A stretch of 64,000 nt of DNA. It comes from Balanoglossus misakiensis (taxonomy: Eukaryota > Animalia > Hemichordata). Shown piece by piece: positions 51,588 through 63,885 of the stretch; within the stretch, counting starts at the first letter, position 1; each line of letters opens with the position of its first letter. Position numbers and translations under genes: made by a program. The stretch spans positions 11,297,477 to 11,361,476 of the forward strand of contig CM082593.2 of NCBI GenBank assembly GCA_040954595.2. Reading direction: 5' to 3'. Below the pieces are notes generated by a model. It searched no databases and was not told the origin of the DNA. It was given only the letters and a program-made list of their open reading frames with translations.

Positions 51588-53994
51588 CCTATCTAACACA
51601 CAACACACACTGTGTATATTTGTTGGGCATTTTGGTTTTCTACCACATATCTCAGTAGTTTCCATGCCATAGTGACTCTTCAGTTTTACATAATGATATC
51701 CAATATAACCCAATCTACTATTAATGCGATTTTTTTTTCATTTTGATTGTGGAAATGGTTAAAAATGAAAAACATCTGAATTTGTACTTTAATAAATATA
51801 AGCTATATAGTATTTTAAAATGGTCATAAATTTATGTTAACATGGCAAAACATGTTTTAGTGTTTATGTATACTTGTTTAATATAGAGAAATAATTGTAC
51901 AAATAAAATGACAACTTACTTTTGCTTTTAAAAATAATTAAAAATGGTAATGTTTCTTGAGATATACCAGGGTTTCTAGAATATAGAGGGTGCTGGCACG
52001 GGAACATTTGATGGTTGTCCCCAATACAACATTCTGGTATCATGTTTTATCATCTGTGGACATTTGGCAGCGATATCCAACAGGATGTGCATAAAATCCC
52101 GAGAAGGTCTTCTCGTTGTATTGCTTCTTGAGATATTGAAACTGTCTTGAATCCCAACGCGAATGTGATGGTGATGCGTATGTTGTTGCACGTAGTCACA
52201 TCCGAAAACTGAATATAGGTTAGTGGGATATGTGTATATTCTCGTGGTTATTTTTAAATGAGTATAAATGACAGAATCGGTGGTTTGAACGTGTAAGAGT
52301 TGATGGTATTGGTTATGTAGTTGTGTTTTATCCAATGGTAGTGTGATTTTAATTGTGTATGAGGCGATGGCAGTTTTGTCAGGCGTTTTTTATTTTCGTG
52401 TCGAGCGACATCCAATATGGCGGTTGTCGTTATATACTGAAAGGGTTTCGTTTGTATGCATGTTTTGGCAAATTGTATATATGTTAAGATGGTGAAGTTT
52501 GCTTGAAGGAATAGAAACATCAGAGGCTGGGTACATCGGAGTTTCTATTTCATTCCATACAAGTTGAAATTAAGCTTATTTTTGGAGTGTATACAGGTAC
52601 ATATGATTATTTAGAAACGGTTTTAGGCAAGCGAATCTGCTGAATTCGGGCGATCGGTCTTGTATCGTGTGTATGAAACGTACAAGCAGTGGTAGGATAT
52701 TATTTTGGGATGTGTACTTCAATAGTTTCCATGTCTCTTATATGTATTTGTCAAAAAATAAACAGTAGTAAAAATGGATTGTATTTTCCATTATTTTGTC
52801 TGTTAATATTGTATGTTTACATGACCAAAAGCCTTAAGGTTTTCATTGGAATTTATATCAGGGTAATAAATTTGTTTTTGATAATTATTTGCTTCAAATA
52901 TGGAACAATCTGTGTGAGTACATAACAGAAACATTGCTAGATAATTTGACATTTGAATTGTTCGTAAGAATGTGAGGACAAGCATAGAATTGGCCAAATT
53001 ATGCTGGTGACCACTCTGTTTAGTGTGTATGCTTTCTAGTCGTGACAGGAATGTTAAAAACATAGACAATGAAATCTGGTTGGAGCATGAAAAGTAGAGT
53101 TGACTTGTTAACATATTTTGATGCCATGAAACCATTTTGTGGACAGGACAATTTATGTGACCAAGAATTGATTTTCTGAATATCACAAGGTTGATAGTGA
53201 ATTCATTGAAATTTGTTGTCCTGTTTAAGTAGTGGGGTTATTGTAAAAAAATCATCATTCGCTATCTTGTACTTGGAGTGATGTCATCTCGACATTGATA
53301 CATTATGGCTATTGAGAGGTGTGTGTTATGCAGGCAAGTGTATATCTTGATGTACTTGTTTAAATACACAATTATACTTAATGATTTAATTTAAAAGTTT
53401 TGTTTATTTTCTTGACAGTTTTGGCTACCAAAGAGTTCTCAAGGTGAGTGTTGGTGTACATCAGTGCAAAGTATCATGTACAAACTAAGAGATCAACACA
53501 CTCAAATGTGTATTGTGTCGTGTACGAATTAGTTTCGTAAATCATTTGTAGATAACGTGTTTAGTTTTGTGGTAAGTGACACTGAGGTTTCAGATCGGAT
53601 AGGATGATTGTCCAGTGCCATGCATTGTGTGTTAACATGTGAAAGCACTAGCCTAATTTGTTTGAAATTTGGTATTCAGGGATGATGTAAGAAAAAATAA
53701 TTTTAACAGTTCATAGAATCAGTGTTTATTAATACTTCAAAAAGGTATGTGACTTGAATGTGTGCAGTACATCATTGTGCTATGTGGTGTTAACACCATT
53801 GAATAGTGCCATTACTTACAGCAATCTTACAGCAATGGCTTCAGTAAAACATTGAGTATGATTTGTGTGATTCCTGATACCCCTGTCTTGTCATTTGTGA
53901 TGTTTTACTGTGTACTTTTTGAAATAAAGAAACTGGTGTGTTAGTTGAATATGTCAGTGAGTGAATGTGCAATTGGACAGTGTGTTGGCAAAAA

Positions 53995-54068
53995 ATCCTC
54001 ATGGTGTAATGGTTAACACACTTGTCACTTTGTGATAAGAGATCCAGGTTCGATTCCTGGTGGGGATG
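53995..54068 (+). ncRNA. tRNA-like cloverleaf (mirror copy)
   Basis: Same as 49598-49671, with a perfect T-arm CCAGG-TTCGATT-CCTGG and a G:U pair in the acceptor stem. Confidence 0.65.
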
Positions 54069-54199
54069 ATGAAAAAAAGAGTCCATTAGCTGTGTGCTTG
54101 AGTATGAGTGTAATATATGTATGTACGTATTTATGCATGTATGTAGCCAGCAAACACACAAAACATATTGTGTATATTCAATTCCATACAGTGTTTGAT

Positions 54200-57100
54200 A
54201 ATAAATATGTTGCTGTTTTACAATTTGGCATTCACTGCTGATAATTAGGTTTCCATAGATACAAGCGGAATGCAATAGAAGAGGGATAACCATATACATG
54301 TATAGAAAAGGTAGGTTACCCCTTCCCCTATCATCCAAATACTACCACAGAGGGTGCTATACTATATGACCATCAACTGAGTATCATTCAAATACTCTGT
54401 GCACAGTAGGTAAATACACATTTGTTTTTTTAGGAGACTTTCATCAGTTGCAGTAAAATACAACGTGACTACACTATATACACCAATGAGAATGGCCATG
54501 TAATTCAGAGAGTGCTTGATATTAAAACTGTTTCATAGTTGTGGCCTTTACTGCTGATAATTAGGTTACCATAGATACAAGCCCAATGCAACAGGACAGG
54601 GATAAACATATGCAAAGACAAGATTAAACCCCACCTCCATAATCAAAATACTACCGCAGAGGGCGCTATACTATATGACCATCAACTGAGTATCATTCAA
54701 ATACTCTGTGCACAGTGGGTAAAGACACATTTGTTTTTTAGGAGACTTTCATCAGTTGCAGTAAAATATAACGTGACTACACTATATACACCAATGAGAA
54801 TGGCCGTGTAATTCAGATAGTGCTTGATATTAAAACTGTTTCATAGTTGTGGCTCTTACTGCTGATAATAAGGTTACCATAGATACAAGCCCAATGCAAC
54901 AGGACAGGGATAAACATATGCAAAGGCAAGATTAAACCCCACCTCTGTAATCAAAATAATAATAATAATAATAATTTATTTGTATAGTGTCAGTATCCAC
55001 AAAAATGTGATCAATGACGCTTAAAGCAAAAGTACAATACAACAAATGGCTAAAAAACAGATTTAAAAAGTAAAGTTTTAACATTTGATTTAAAAACAGA
55101 TAAGTCTGGTGCCTGGCGAATGGTGAGTGGAAGATTATTCCAAAGAATTGGAGCAGCAACAGTAAAAGCACGATCACCATAACTCTTGGTGCGTGATCGA
55201 ACAAGGCAGAGTTTGAACTGATCAGCTGACCTTAAATTGCGACACGGAACATATAGATTAGTCATGCTAGAAAGATAGATTGGACCAAGTTTATTATAGA
55301 TTTAAAAATGAGAACTAACATCTTAAAAACAATACGCTGTGTAGAAGGTAGCCAGTGCAACTGATACAAAATTGGAGTGATGTGACAGGTGATTTTTGAA
55401 TGAGTAACAATTCTAGCAGCAATATTCTGAACGCGTTGGATACGGTTGATTGAATACTTCGGGAGCCCAAATAAAAGTGAATTACATGAATCAATTCGAG
55501 AAGTAATGAATGCATGAACTAATTGCTCTGTAGCAGAATGAGATAAATATTTGCGGATAAGCGCAATGCGACATAAATGAAAAGTGGCAGAGCGGCAGAT
55601 CTGTCCAATATGTGGCTTCATTGTCAGACAAGAGTCAAGGAGCACACCAAGGCTCTTAGCCTGACAATGGACAGGAATCAGAGAATCGCCAACACGAATT
55701 TCTGAAATCCCTCTAGCAGACAGATCACCTGAAATACCAAAGAAAATAACAAATTCAGTCTTATCGTCGTATAAGCACAAGAAGTTTTCAGACATCCAAA
55801 ACCTAACATCGGATATACAAAGTTCAAGATTTGAAACAGTTCTTGCTGCGTTGTCTTTACTAAAAGACATATAAAGTGAAGAGTCATCTGCATAAAAACT
55901 ATAAAGACAACCATGACTTTGAACTAATTCACCAAATGGAGACGGGTACATATTGAAAAGTATGGGACCAAGAACTGATCCCTGTGGTACCCCAGTGTCG
56001 AGCCGATAGAAAGGTGATTGGGTGGAATTTACAAGTACACACTGACTATGATTGGAAAGGTATGACATAAACCACATGAGAACAGTATCTGAGAGACCAA
56101 AATACTACCACAGAGGGTGCTATACTATATGACCATCAACTGAGTATCATTCAAATACTCTGTGCACAGTGGGTAAACACACATTTGGTTTTTTAGGAGA
56201 CTTTCATCAGTTGTAGTAAAATACAACGTGACTACACTATATACACCAATGAGAATGGCCATGTAATTCAGAGAGTGCTTGATATTAAAACTGTTTCATA
56301 GTTGTGGCCTTTACTGCTGATAATTAGGTTACCATAGATACAAGCCCAATGCAACATGACAGGGATAAACATATGCAAAGACAAGATTAAACCCCACCTC
56401 CATAATCAAAATACTACCACAGAGGGCGCTATACTATATGACCATCAACTGAGTATCATTCAAATACTCTGTGCACAGTGGGTAAAGACTTATTTGTTTT
56501 TTTAGGAGACTTTCATCAGTTGCAGTAAAATACAACGTGACTACACTATATACACCAATGAGAATGGCCATGTAATTCAGAGAGTGCTTGATATTAAAAC
56601 TGTTTCATAGTTGTGGCCTTTACTGCTGATAATTAGGTTACCATAGATACAAGCCCAATGCAACATGACAGGGATAAACATATGCAAAGACAAGATTAAA
56701 CCCCACCTTCATAATCAAAATACTACCACAGAGGGCGCTATACTATATGACCATCAACTGAGTATCATTCAAATACTCTGTGCACAGTGGGTAAAGACAC
56801 ATTTGGTTTTTAGGAGACTTTCATCAGTTGTAATAAAATACAACGTGACTACACTATATACACCAATGAGAATGGCCATGTAATTCAGAGAGTGCTTGAT
56901 ATTAAAACTGTTTCATAGTTGTGGCCTTTACTGCTGATAATTAGGTTACCATAGATACAAGCCCAATGCAACATGACAGGGATAAACATATGCAAAGACA
57001 AGATTTAACCCCACCTCCATAATCAAAATACTACCACAGAGGGCGCTATACTATATGACCATCAACTGAGTATCATTCAAATACTCTGTGCACAGTGGGT

Positions 57101-57665
57101 AAAGACACATTTGGTTTTTTAGGAGACTTTCATCAGTTGTAGTAAAATACAACGTGACTACACTATATACACCAATGAGAATGGCCATGTAATTCAGAGA
57201 GTGCTTGATATTAAAACTGTTTCATAGTTGTGGCCTTTACTGCTGATAATTAGGTTACCATAGATACAAGCCCAATGCAACATGACAGGGATAAACATAT
57301 GCAAAGACAAGATTTAACCCAACCTCCATAATCAAAATACTACCACAGAGGGCGCTATACTATGTGACCATCAACTGAGTATCATTCAAATACTCTGTGC
57401 ACAGTGGGTAAAGACACATTTGGTTTTTTAGGAGACTTTCACCAGTTGCAGTAAAATACAACGTGACTACACTATATGCACCAATGAGAATGGCCGTGTA
57501 ATTCAGAGTGCTTGATATTAAAACTGTTTCAAAGCTGTGGCCTTTACTGCTGATAATTAGGTTACCATAGATACAAGTGGAATGGAACCGGACAGGGATA
57601 AACATACAAAGGCTAGGTTAACCCCCCCCCCCCCCAAATACTACCACAGAGGGCGCTATACTGAT
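54200..57665 (+). repeat. satellite, about 309-bp unit, about 7.5 copies, interrupted by a LINE
   Basis: ACTACC(A/G)CAGAGGG recurs at 54341, 54650, 56104, 56413, 56722, 57030, 57339 and 57640. Confidence 0.95.
54959..56097 (-). mobile_element. 5'-truncated non-LTR retrotransposon (CR1/L2-type RT C-terminus)
   Basis: GVPQGSVLGPILF, FYADDS, HITPILYQLHWLP, GDRAFTVAAPILWNNLP; (TAT)n 3' tail; CAAAATA duplicated at 54952-54958 and 56098-56104. Confidence 0.93.
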
Positions 57666-58068
57666 CATCAAGTCTGTACCATTGAAATAAATCTGTGCAG
57701 AGTGGGTAAATTAGGCATTTGGTTCTTCAGATTTTTATAAGTTGCACTAAAATGCTATGTGGCCCACTACAAGGACAAATAAGTCAAAAATGGCAAATTT
57801 GACGTTTACTTTGAGGTTGGCATGGGGCAAACGAGACAATACAAGAACACTGAAACTCAATTAGTGAAACACTAAAGTTGTACTTTATTTCTCTAACAAA
57901 CTTAGAGAAAATTTACATGGCCATCTTTTTACTCAGAGACCTGATGTTGAATAGAAATGTGGTAGTGCAGGTCCACATGAGTGCCGTGTACTAGCCTCTC
58001 TCTCTGCAAATCCATCCACAACTTGCATGCAGATAGTGGGAGTCTGATGTAAGCAACTACTGCAGTTA

Positions 58069-59054
58069 CAGTCAGGACGTAAGTGGGATAATTAAACAGC
58101 AGGGGATCATGCAATGCAAACACTTGAACTGGCCAGTAACGTTTGAATTGCTCATTTGCATACAGTTTTTCAACTTTTTTCACAACGAAAGTTAAGCAAC
58201 TAGCAATCCATTTCTGACAATTATTTCACCCCAGGCACATTACTGGTACTATGAGTGTACTACATGTGATTTTTCATGAAGTTTTATCGAGAAGAATTTC
58301 TTTACTTCCACTGACAAAATTGTGATCACGAAATTCAAAGTGACCTTGAAGTTACAAAAAAAAAATATCAGCCATACCCACACAAAAATTAACCCCCTCA
58401 GGTTTTAGAAACATTATTAAACTCCTCTATTCATAATTTTGACATGAATATATCCATGCCGAGAGTCAAGGACCACAATTTACTGTGCCATAGGTCAGTC
58501 CTGAGAAGTCAGTCAGCGTGAATAGTGTATAGACTCCGTATGTAATATGCTAATGAGAGATAACGACGCGTTGAAAAGGAAGCCATTACGTCATGGGTTA
58601 ACATGCTTTGACCTACTTCAATGCATACACATATGGCAAACACGGCTGTACTCGTCGATGGCGAAGGCAATTTTTACACCGTCATTACTCCACAACGGAG
58701 CGGCTCACACTATTATAATTTCACGGTAACTTAGTTCAATATCTTCCTAACCTACCCAATTTTTTTCAAGACAAGAAATCTTTGCCGAGAGTCAAGGACC
58801 ACAATTTAAACCAACATACCGAAACTGTCTTTCTCGGGAAAGCGTCGTTAAAACTTCACGAAAAATCATCCTATCATTGACTATGGTGTTTCATACACGT
58901 CTTAGAAAAATGGGTGCACTACGATCACTTGTAGTACCGAAAATCTCCGTTTGAAAATTTTTCGAACTGGCCGTAACTGCCACTCAGCGACTTTCACATT
59001 CAAATAGATCTCTTTGATCTCACCGCCGTAATTACCCCACTTACGTCCTGACTG
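58069..59054. mobile_element. 986-bp non-autonomous TIR element with 4-bp TSD
   Basis: GTTA|CAGTCAGGACGTAAGTGGG...CCCACTTACGTCCTGACTG|GTTA; empty site GTTA at 47810-47813. Confidence 0.85.
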
Positions 59055-59313
59055 GTTAATACTTACAAAGTGTATTACCTCCAACACCCCATGGACGGTA
59101 TCATGTCATCACCAGTAGCTATAGGTTCTTTTAACACCTTGAGAGAAAAAAATGGATTGTTACTGATAGATTACAAAGCACTGACAATACAAGAGGGGGA
59201 GGGGTAAGGTTTGTTGAGAGCAGTTGTTTTTTGCTAAACATTAGTGAAAATATGAAATTATTGACATGTAGGATTTCAATTTTATGATGTAAGAGTATTT
59301 TATAATATCTCAC

Positions 59314-61182
59314 CGGGACTTCAGTTGTCGCTGTAGTATTTAACCCAAGTTTAACTGTGCCACCCACGTCCATGCATGGCAAGGTTTTCTCTCCCAAAAG
59401 TTTCAGTTTGGTATCCCAGTTACCATCAGTTGCACTTACTCCACGCCTTCTAAGTTGAATGCGATTTACCATCACAGGATTCATACTGTGGTGCAAAGAC
59501 AATTAAAAACATCGATTGTAAATCATTTAGTAGTGATACCATTGTGACCAAACCTTGTTTTAAAATACATGTAATCTGTACTCGAAACTATCATTTTTTT
59601 CTTTCTAGAATATTAGAACGCGCTCAAAAATAAAAATGCGACCTGTAAGCGAGTGCCGCGTTTCAATTGGCACTGACGATAAACACCGCCACTCGGAGAT
59701 AAAATCAACGTTTTTTTTTTATAATGCAAGTGAACGCATGGAGGCGGCCATATTGAATTTAGGTTACATCCCAAGACATTCCGACTGGGCTTCAGGTGGA
59801 TTCGGGAAAGGTCTCTAAAACATAATTGGTCATCCAATTTTGTATACTAAATTTCTAAAAATGTAGGACATGGGAGGTTAACATACCCACAAGGACTACA
59901 GGGCCCAGGCGTTTCGGGGTGCGATTGTTACGTACCTTAGCTCCATCATCTGCAACCATGCAGCCAAGGCGTGGCAGTGAAATTGTGCCTCATTGAGGAT
60001 ACAGTCTAGATCCGGAATTCAGCCAACGGCAAACTGTTTAGCGTGCCTTGTATGCAGCAGGATGGCAACGTTCTGGAACTTAAATTCTGGAAAGAAAATC
60101 CGAAATAGCTGAACAGATAACAGAAGAGAGAATACATACAGCTCCGCAACTTTTCCACTGGAAGATATAATACCATTTGCCTCTATGATAGAGCAAAGGT
60201 ATGTTATAATCGCACCCCGAAACTTATGGGCCTTTTTTTTGCCGTAGTCATTTCGGGTATCTTAACCTCCCATCTTCTACATTTTTAGAAATTTACTCTA
60301 CAAAATTGAATGACCCATTACATTTTAAACACCTTTCCCGAATTCAACCGAAGCCTAATCGGAAGGTCTTCGGATGTAATCCAATATGGCAGCCTCCATG
60401 CGATCACGTACATTGAAAATCCATTGATTTCATCGCCGATTACCGATGTTTATCGTCAATACCGATTCAAACGCGGCACTCGTTTACAAGTCGCATTTAT
60501 TTTTGATCGCGTTCCAATATTTTAAACAAACTAGATTACTGATAAAAATGCTCAAAATTTTTCCTCCAAATGCCACCTTTACGGATTCAGTCACACAACT
60601 TACAGACTACGCCAAACTTTTTTCCAGATCATACCTTGCGGGCGAAAAGCGATGGATATACCTGAAAAATTGGTAACAGAATTTTATCATCCGCCACAAA
60701 TAATGATATCAGAAGTCGAGATATCTCCACAGAAGAAGAGGGTGTGCGTTGTAGGAAAAGTCCATGATGTGAGTACTGTCAAATGTTGCACAAATAGCCG
60801 TTAAACCTGAAATATAGATTGAAAGTGGATATTGTTTTACACAATTTTTGAACATTGAAGTAAAGTATTAGAATGATGGAATCCGATAAAAAAAGTGAGT
60901 TGGTAATTTCGGCATCCGACTTCGTTATTAAAAATGGAAAGGTTTGCGATTCGGTTCAAGTAGTATTTGCAAGTTTGAAAGGAAATATTTCATTGAAGTA
61001 CAGTGGCAACTACTGCATTATTGAGAATCTTTGAAATGTTGATGAACGGAGACTTATAATAGAATAAATGAAAACCTACCTTTAACGGTGTTAGGGTTAC
61101 TACACCTGACAGACCGCTGGTCTGCGTCCGACCGATTCTGAGCTCCTAGCTCTTGTGGAGACATGCGGAGGTACAGCGGGTT
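59314..61182 (-). pseudogene. OB-fold gene copy B (rearranged, stops)
   Basis: 5' part 60798-61182 (-), exon body 59940-60198 (+, with TAG and TAA), downstream exon 59314-59485 (-) with cacag / gtgaga sites. Confidence 0.6.
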
Positions 61183-63200
61183 AACGGTTAGGAAGTGTTG
61201 ATGAAAGGAATGATTAATTACATAGGCCAATCAGGATCCTGGAGTTAGATATTCGAGTGAAATGGTGGAAAAACGGGAATGCCGATTGGTTCAATTTAAC
61301 CGGAGGGAAATTGCTACATTATATGACGTCAGTTGCGAACGATAATGCATATATTAAGCTAAGGTTGAATCCGGTTTTTCCATCAAGCACAACCATATTT
61401 CAGTCATATAAAAAACGAAGAAAATAACACTAAAAAAATATTTCCTTTTTAAAAACTTCACTATAGCATTATTATAATGATGTACGTCGTACATAAAATG
61501 ATACACGTGACATCTTCTTGTTCAGAGTTTTAAAACAGGTAGAGAATGCCCATGGGTAACCCGAAAACACACAAACCGGGTAAAAAATGAAAGTCCTGCG
61601 AAGGCCAGGAGTATACACTGAAAAATTACAATAAATCTAGTACAAAAGTTTGTATCCTCACGAATAATTAACTCTGATTGCATAAGTTTATTTCCGTCTC
61701 ATTACCTTCTGAAAGCAAATCACTCACTTGCCGGTAAAAGTTGAGTAAAATACTACATCTAAACTGCATAGCGATGGCGGCCCATAAAAATAATTGCCCA
61801 GTGTCCCACTCGCAATGCACAACTTTTTAGGCCAAGTGCTAATGATATTCGAATTTTCGAAGGTTACGCAATATACACATACATGTATAAATATTAATTT
61901 ATGAACAATTTCCAGTATTCACGCTGGGATTTCTTTCTTTCTAGTTTACTCGTTATATAATGTACCAATTCCCTCCGGTAAGTTGAGCCGATTTCCATCA
62001 CTTTGAGCCAATCGATATTCATGGTTTTTCAGCATTTCAGTCGACTATATTTACACCTGTTGCATGTCTTTGCAGTTTTTGACTTGACGCTTACAACCGA
62101 GTCGCACCGCACGCAGTACTATCTTGTTGTCTTCATGTTTAGTTGTTGTTTTGCGCACACTATTTGCACAAAAATATCTGCTCGTTTTGTTATCAACGAT
62201 CGAGTATATGTTAGGAAGTCCGACATAGAGAACTTTGTTCTAAATATTCAATGCCCCACAAATGATATACTAGACTGCTCGACACACCACACCCCAGCCA
62301 TACTCCATTAGTACACGCCACAAACACCGTATTTATACAGCCTGAGGGATTTCAGCTTCGAACTTATTGCCCAATCATATTCGACTATTTCCAACCAATC
62401 CCCTTCTGACTAATTGACCAATCACACGCTTCGAGCATAATTTCCAAAAAAGGGAAAACTAACGAATTTGCTACATCTTTCCGGTTTCATCTTCAACAGT
62501 TTCTAACATTTTTTTGGACCCCCCCCCCCCTCGATAAACACCCATACTCAAAGGGTAACTTCATTTAATTGTCAGTAAATAAAATCAATTCACAGTCTTA
62601 TTACATGTACTATTTATAATATACTCAAATTTCCACTACAAAATATCTGTATATGTGCGTTAAATTCTGAAATCTTTCCACCCAAACCTCTAGTTATGCA
62701 AATTTAAATTGCTGTCTGTTGCGTTCGCCTACGGTTTCTCATTTTCGGACATTCGAATCTAACTCCTGATTGGCCTATAAACTTATTTCTTTCATCAACA
62801 CTTTCTAACCGTTAACCCGCTGTACCTCCGCATGTCTCCACAAGAGCTAGGAGCTCAGAATCGGATGAACGAGACAAGCGGTCTCTCACGTTTAGTAACC
62901 GTAACGCCGTTAAAGGTAGGTTTTCATTGATTCTAATAAGTCTCCGTTCAACAACATTTCAAAGATTCTCCATAACCCAGTAGTTGCCACTGTGCTTCAA
63001 TGAAATATTTCCTTTCAAACTTGCAAATGGTAACCGAATCTCAAATCGCAAATCTTTCCATTTTTAATAACGAAGTCGGATGCCGCAATCACCAACTCAC
63101 TTTTTTATCGGACTCCATCATTCTAATACTTTACTTCAATGTTCAAAAATTGTGTAAAACAATACCCACTCTCAATCTATATTTCAGGTTTAACGGCGTT

Positions 63201-63470
63201 ATGGCATCCCCGGCTCCCGGTCCCTCATCCCCAACCAGCCAAGGCGTGGCACTGAAATTGCGCCTCATGGAGGATGTCGAGATCCGGAATTCCGCCAACG
63301 GGAAACTGTTTAGCGTGCCTTGTATGCAGCAGGATGGCAACGTTCTGGAACTTAAATTCTGGAAAGAAAATCCGAAGTGGCTGAACAGATTACAGAAGGG
63401 AGAATACGTACAGCTCCGCAACTTTTCCACTGGAAGAGATAATACCATTTGCCTCTATGATAGAGCAAAG
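63201..63470 (+). CDS. OB-fold gene copy C, first coding exon (90 aa)
   Basis: atttcag acceptor at 63186-63187, ATG 63201, MASPAPG...DGNVLELKFWKENPKWLNRLQKGEYVQLRNFSTGRDNTICLYDRAK, gtacgt donor at 63471; upstream UTR-exon donor at 62916. Confidence 0.6.
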
Positions 63471-63885
63471 GTACGTTATAATCGCACCCCGAAACTTATG
63501 GGCCTGACTTTTTTTTTTGCCGTAGTCATTTTGGGTATCTTAACCTCCCATCTTCTACATTTTTAGAAATTTACTCTACAAAATTGAATGACCCATTACA
63601 TTTTAGAGACCTTTCCCGAATTCAACCGAAGCCCAATGGGAAGGTCTTCGGATGTAATCCAATATTGCAGCCTCCATGCGATCACGTACATTGAAAATCC
63701 ATTTATATGATACAACCATGCCTTGTCAACTCAACTCGGGTCAAAATTACTGCCATCGATTCATCATTTTGCAGTTCAAATTTTAAAAAGCAACTGACAA
63801 AAAACCACTCTTGCACTATTTCTCCACAACATTTACTACTCGTAATTATTAACATTCAATGTTTTCCATTTTATTTCCACTACAG

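Larger units (their letters stand above)
53870..61182 (-). repeat. right arm of giant inverted repeat 2
   Basis: Mirror of 43445-49800, lengthened by satellite expansion and insertions. Confidence 0.85.

Noticed and set aside
51340-51713. ORFs rich in HTYI/MYVC
   Set aside because: Microsatellite artefacts
53995-54068. Functional canonical tRNA gene
   Set aside because: The anticodon arm is 2 nt too long, there is no canonical 7-nt loop with U33 and no terminator
63000-63566. 188-aa single-exon ORF
   Set aside because: It reads through intron sequence on both sides; splice signals delimit 63188-63470 and the paralogues break the frame outside it
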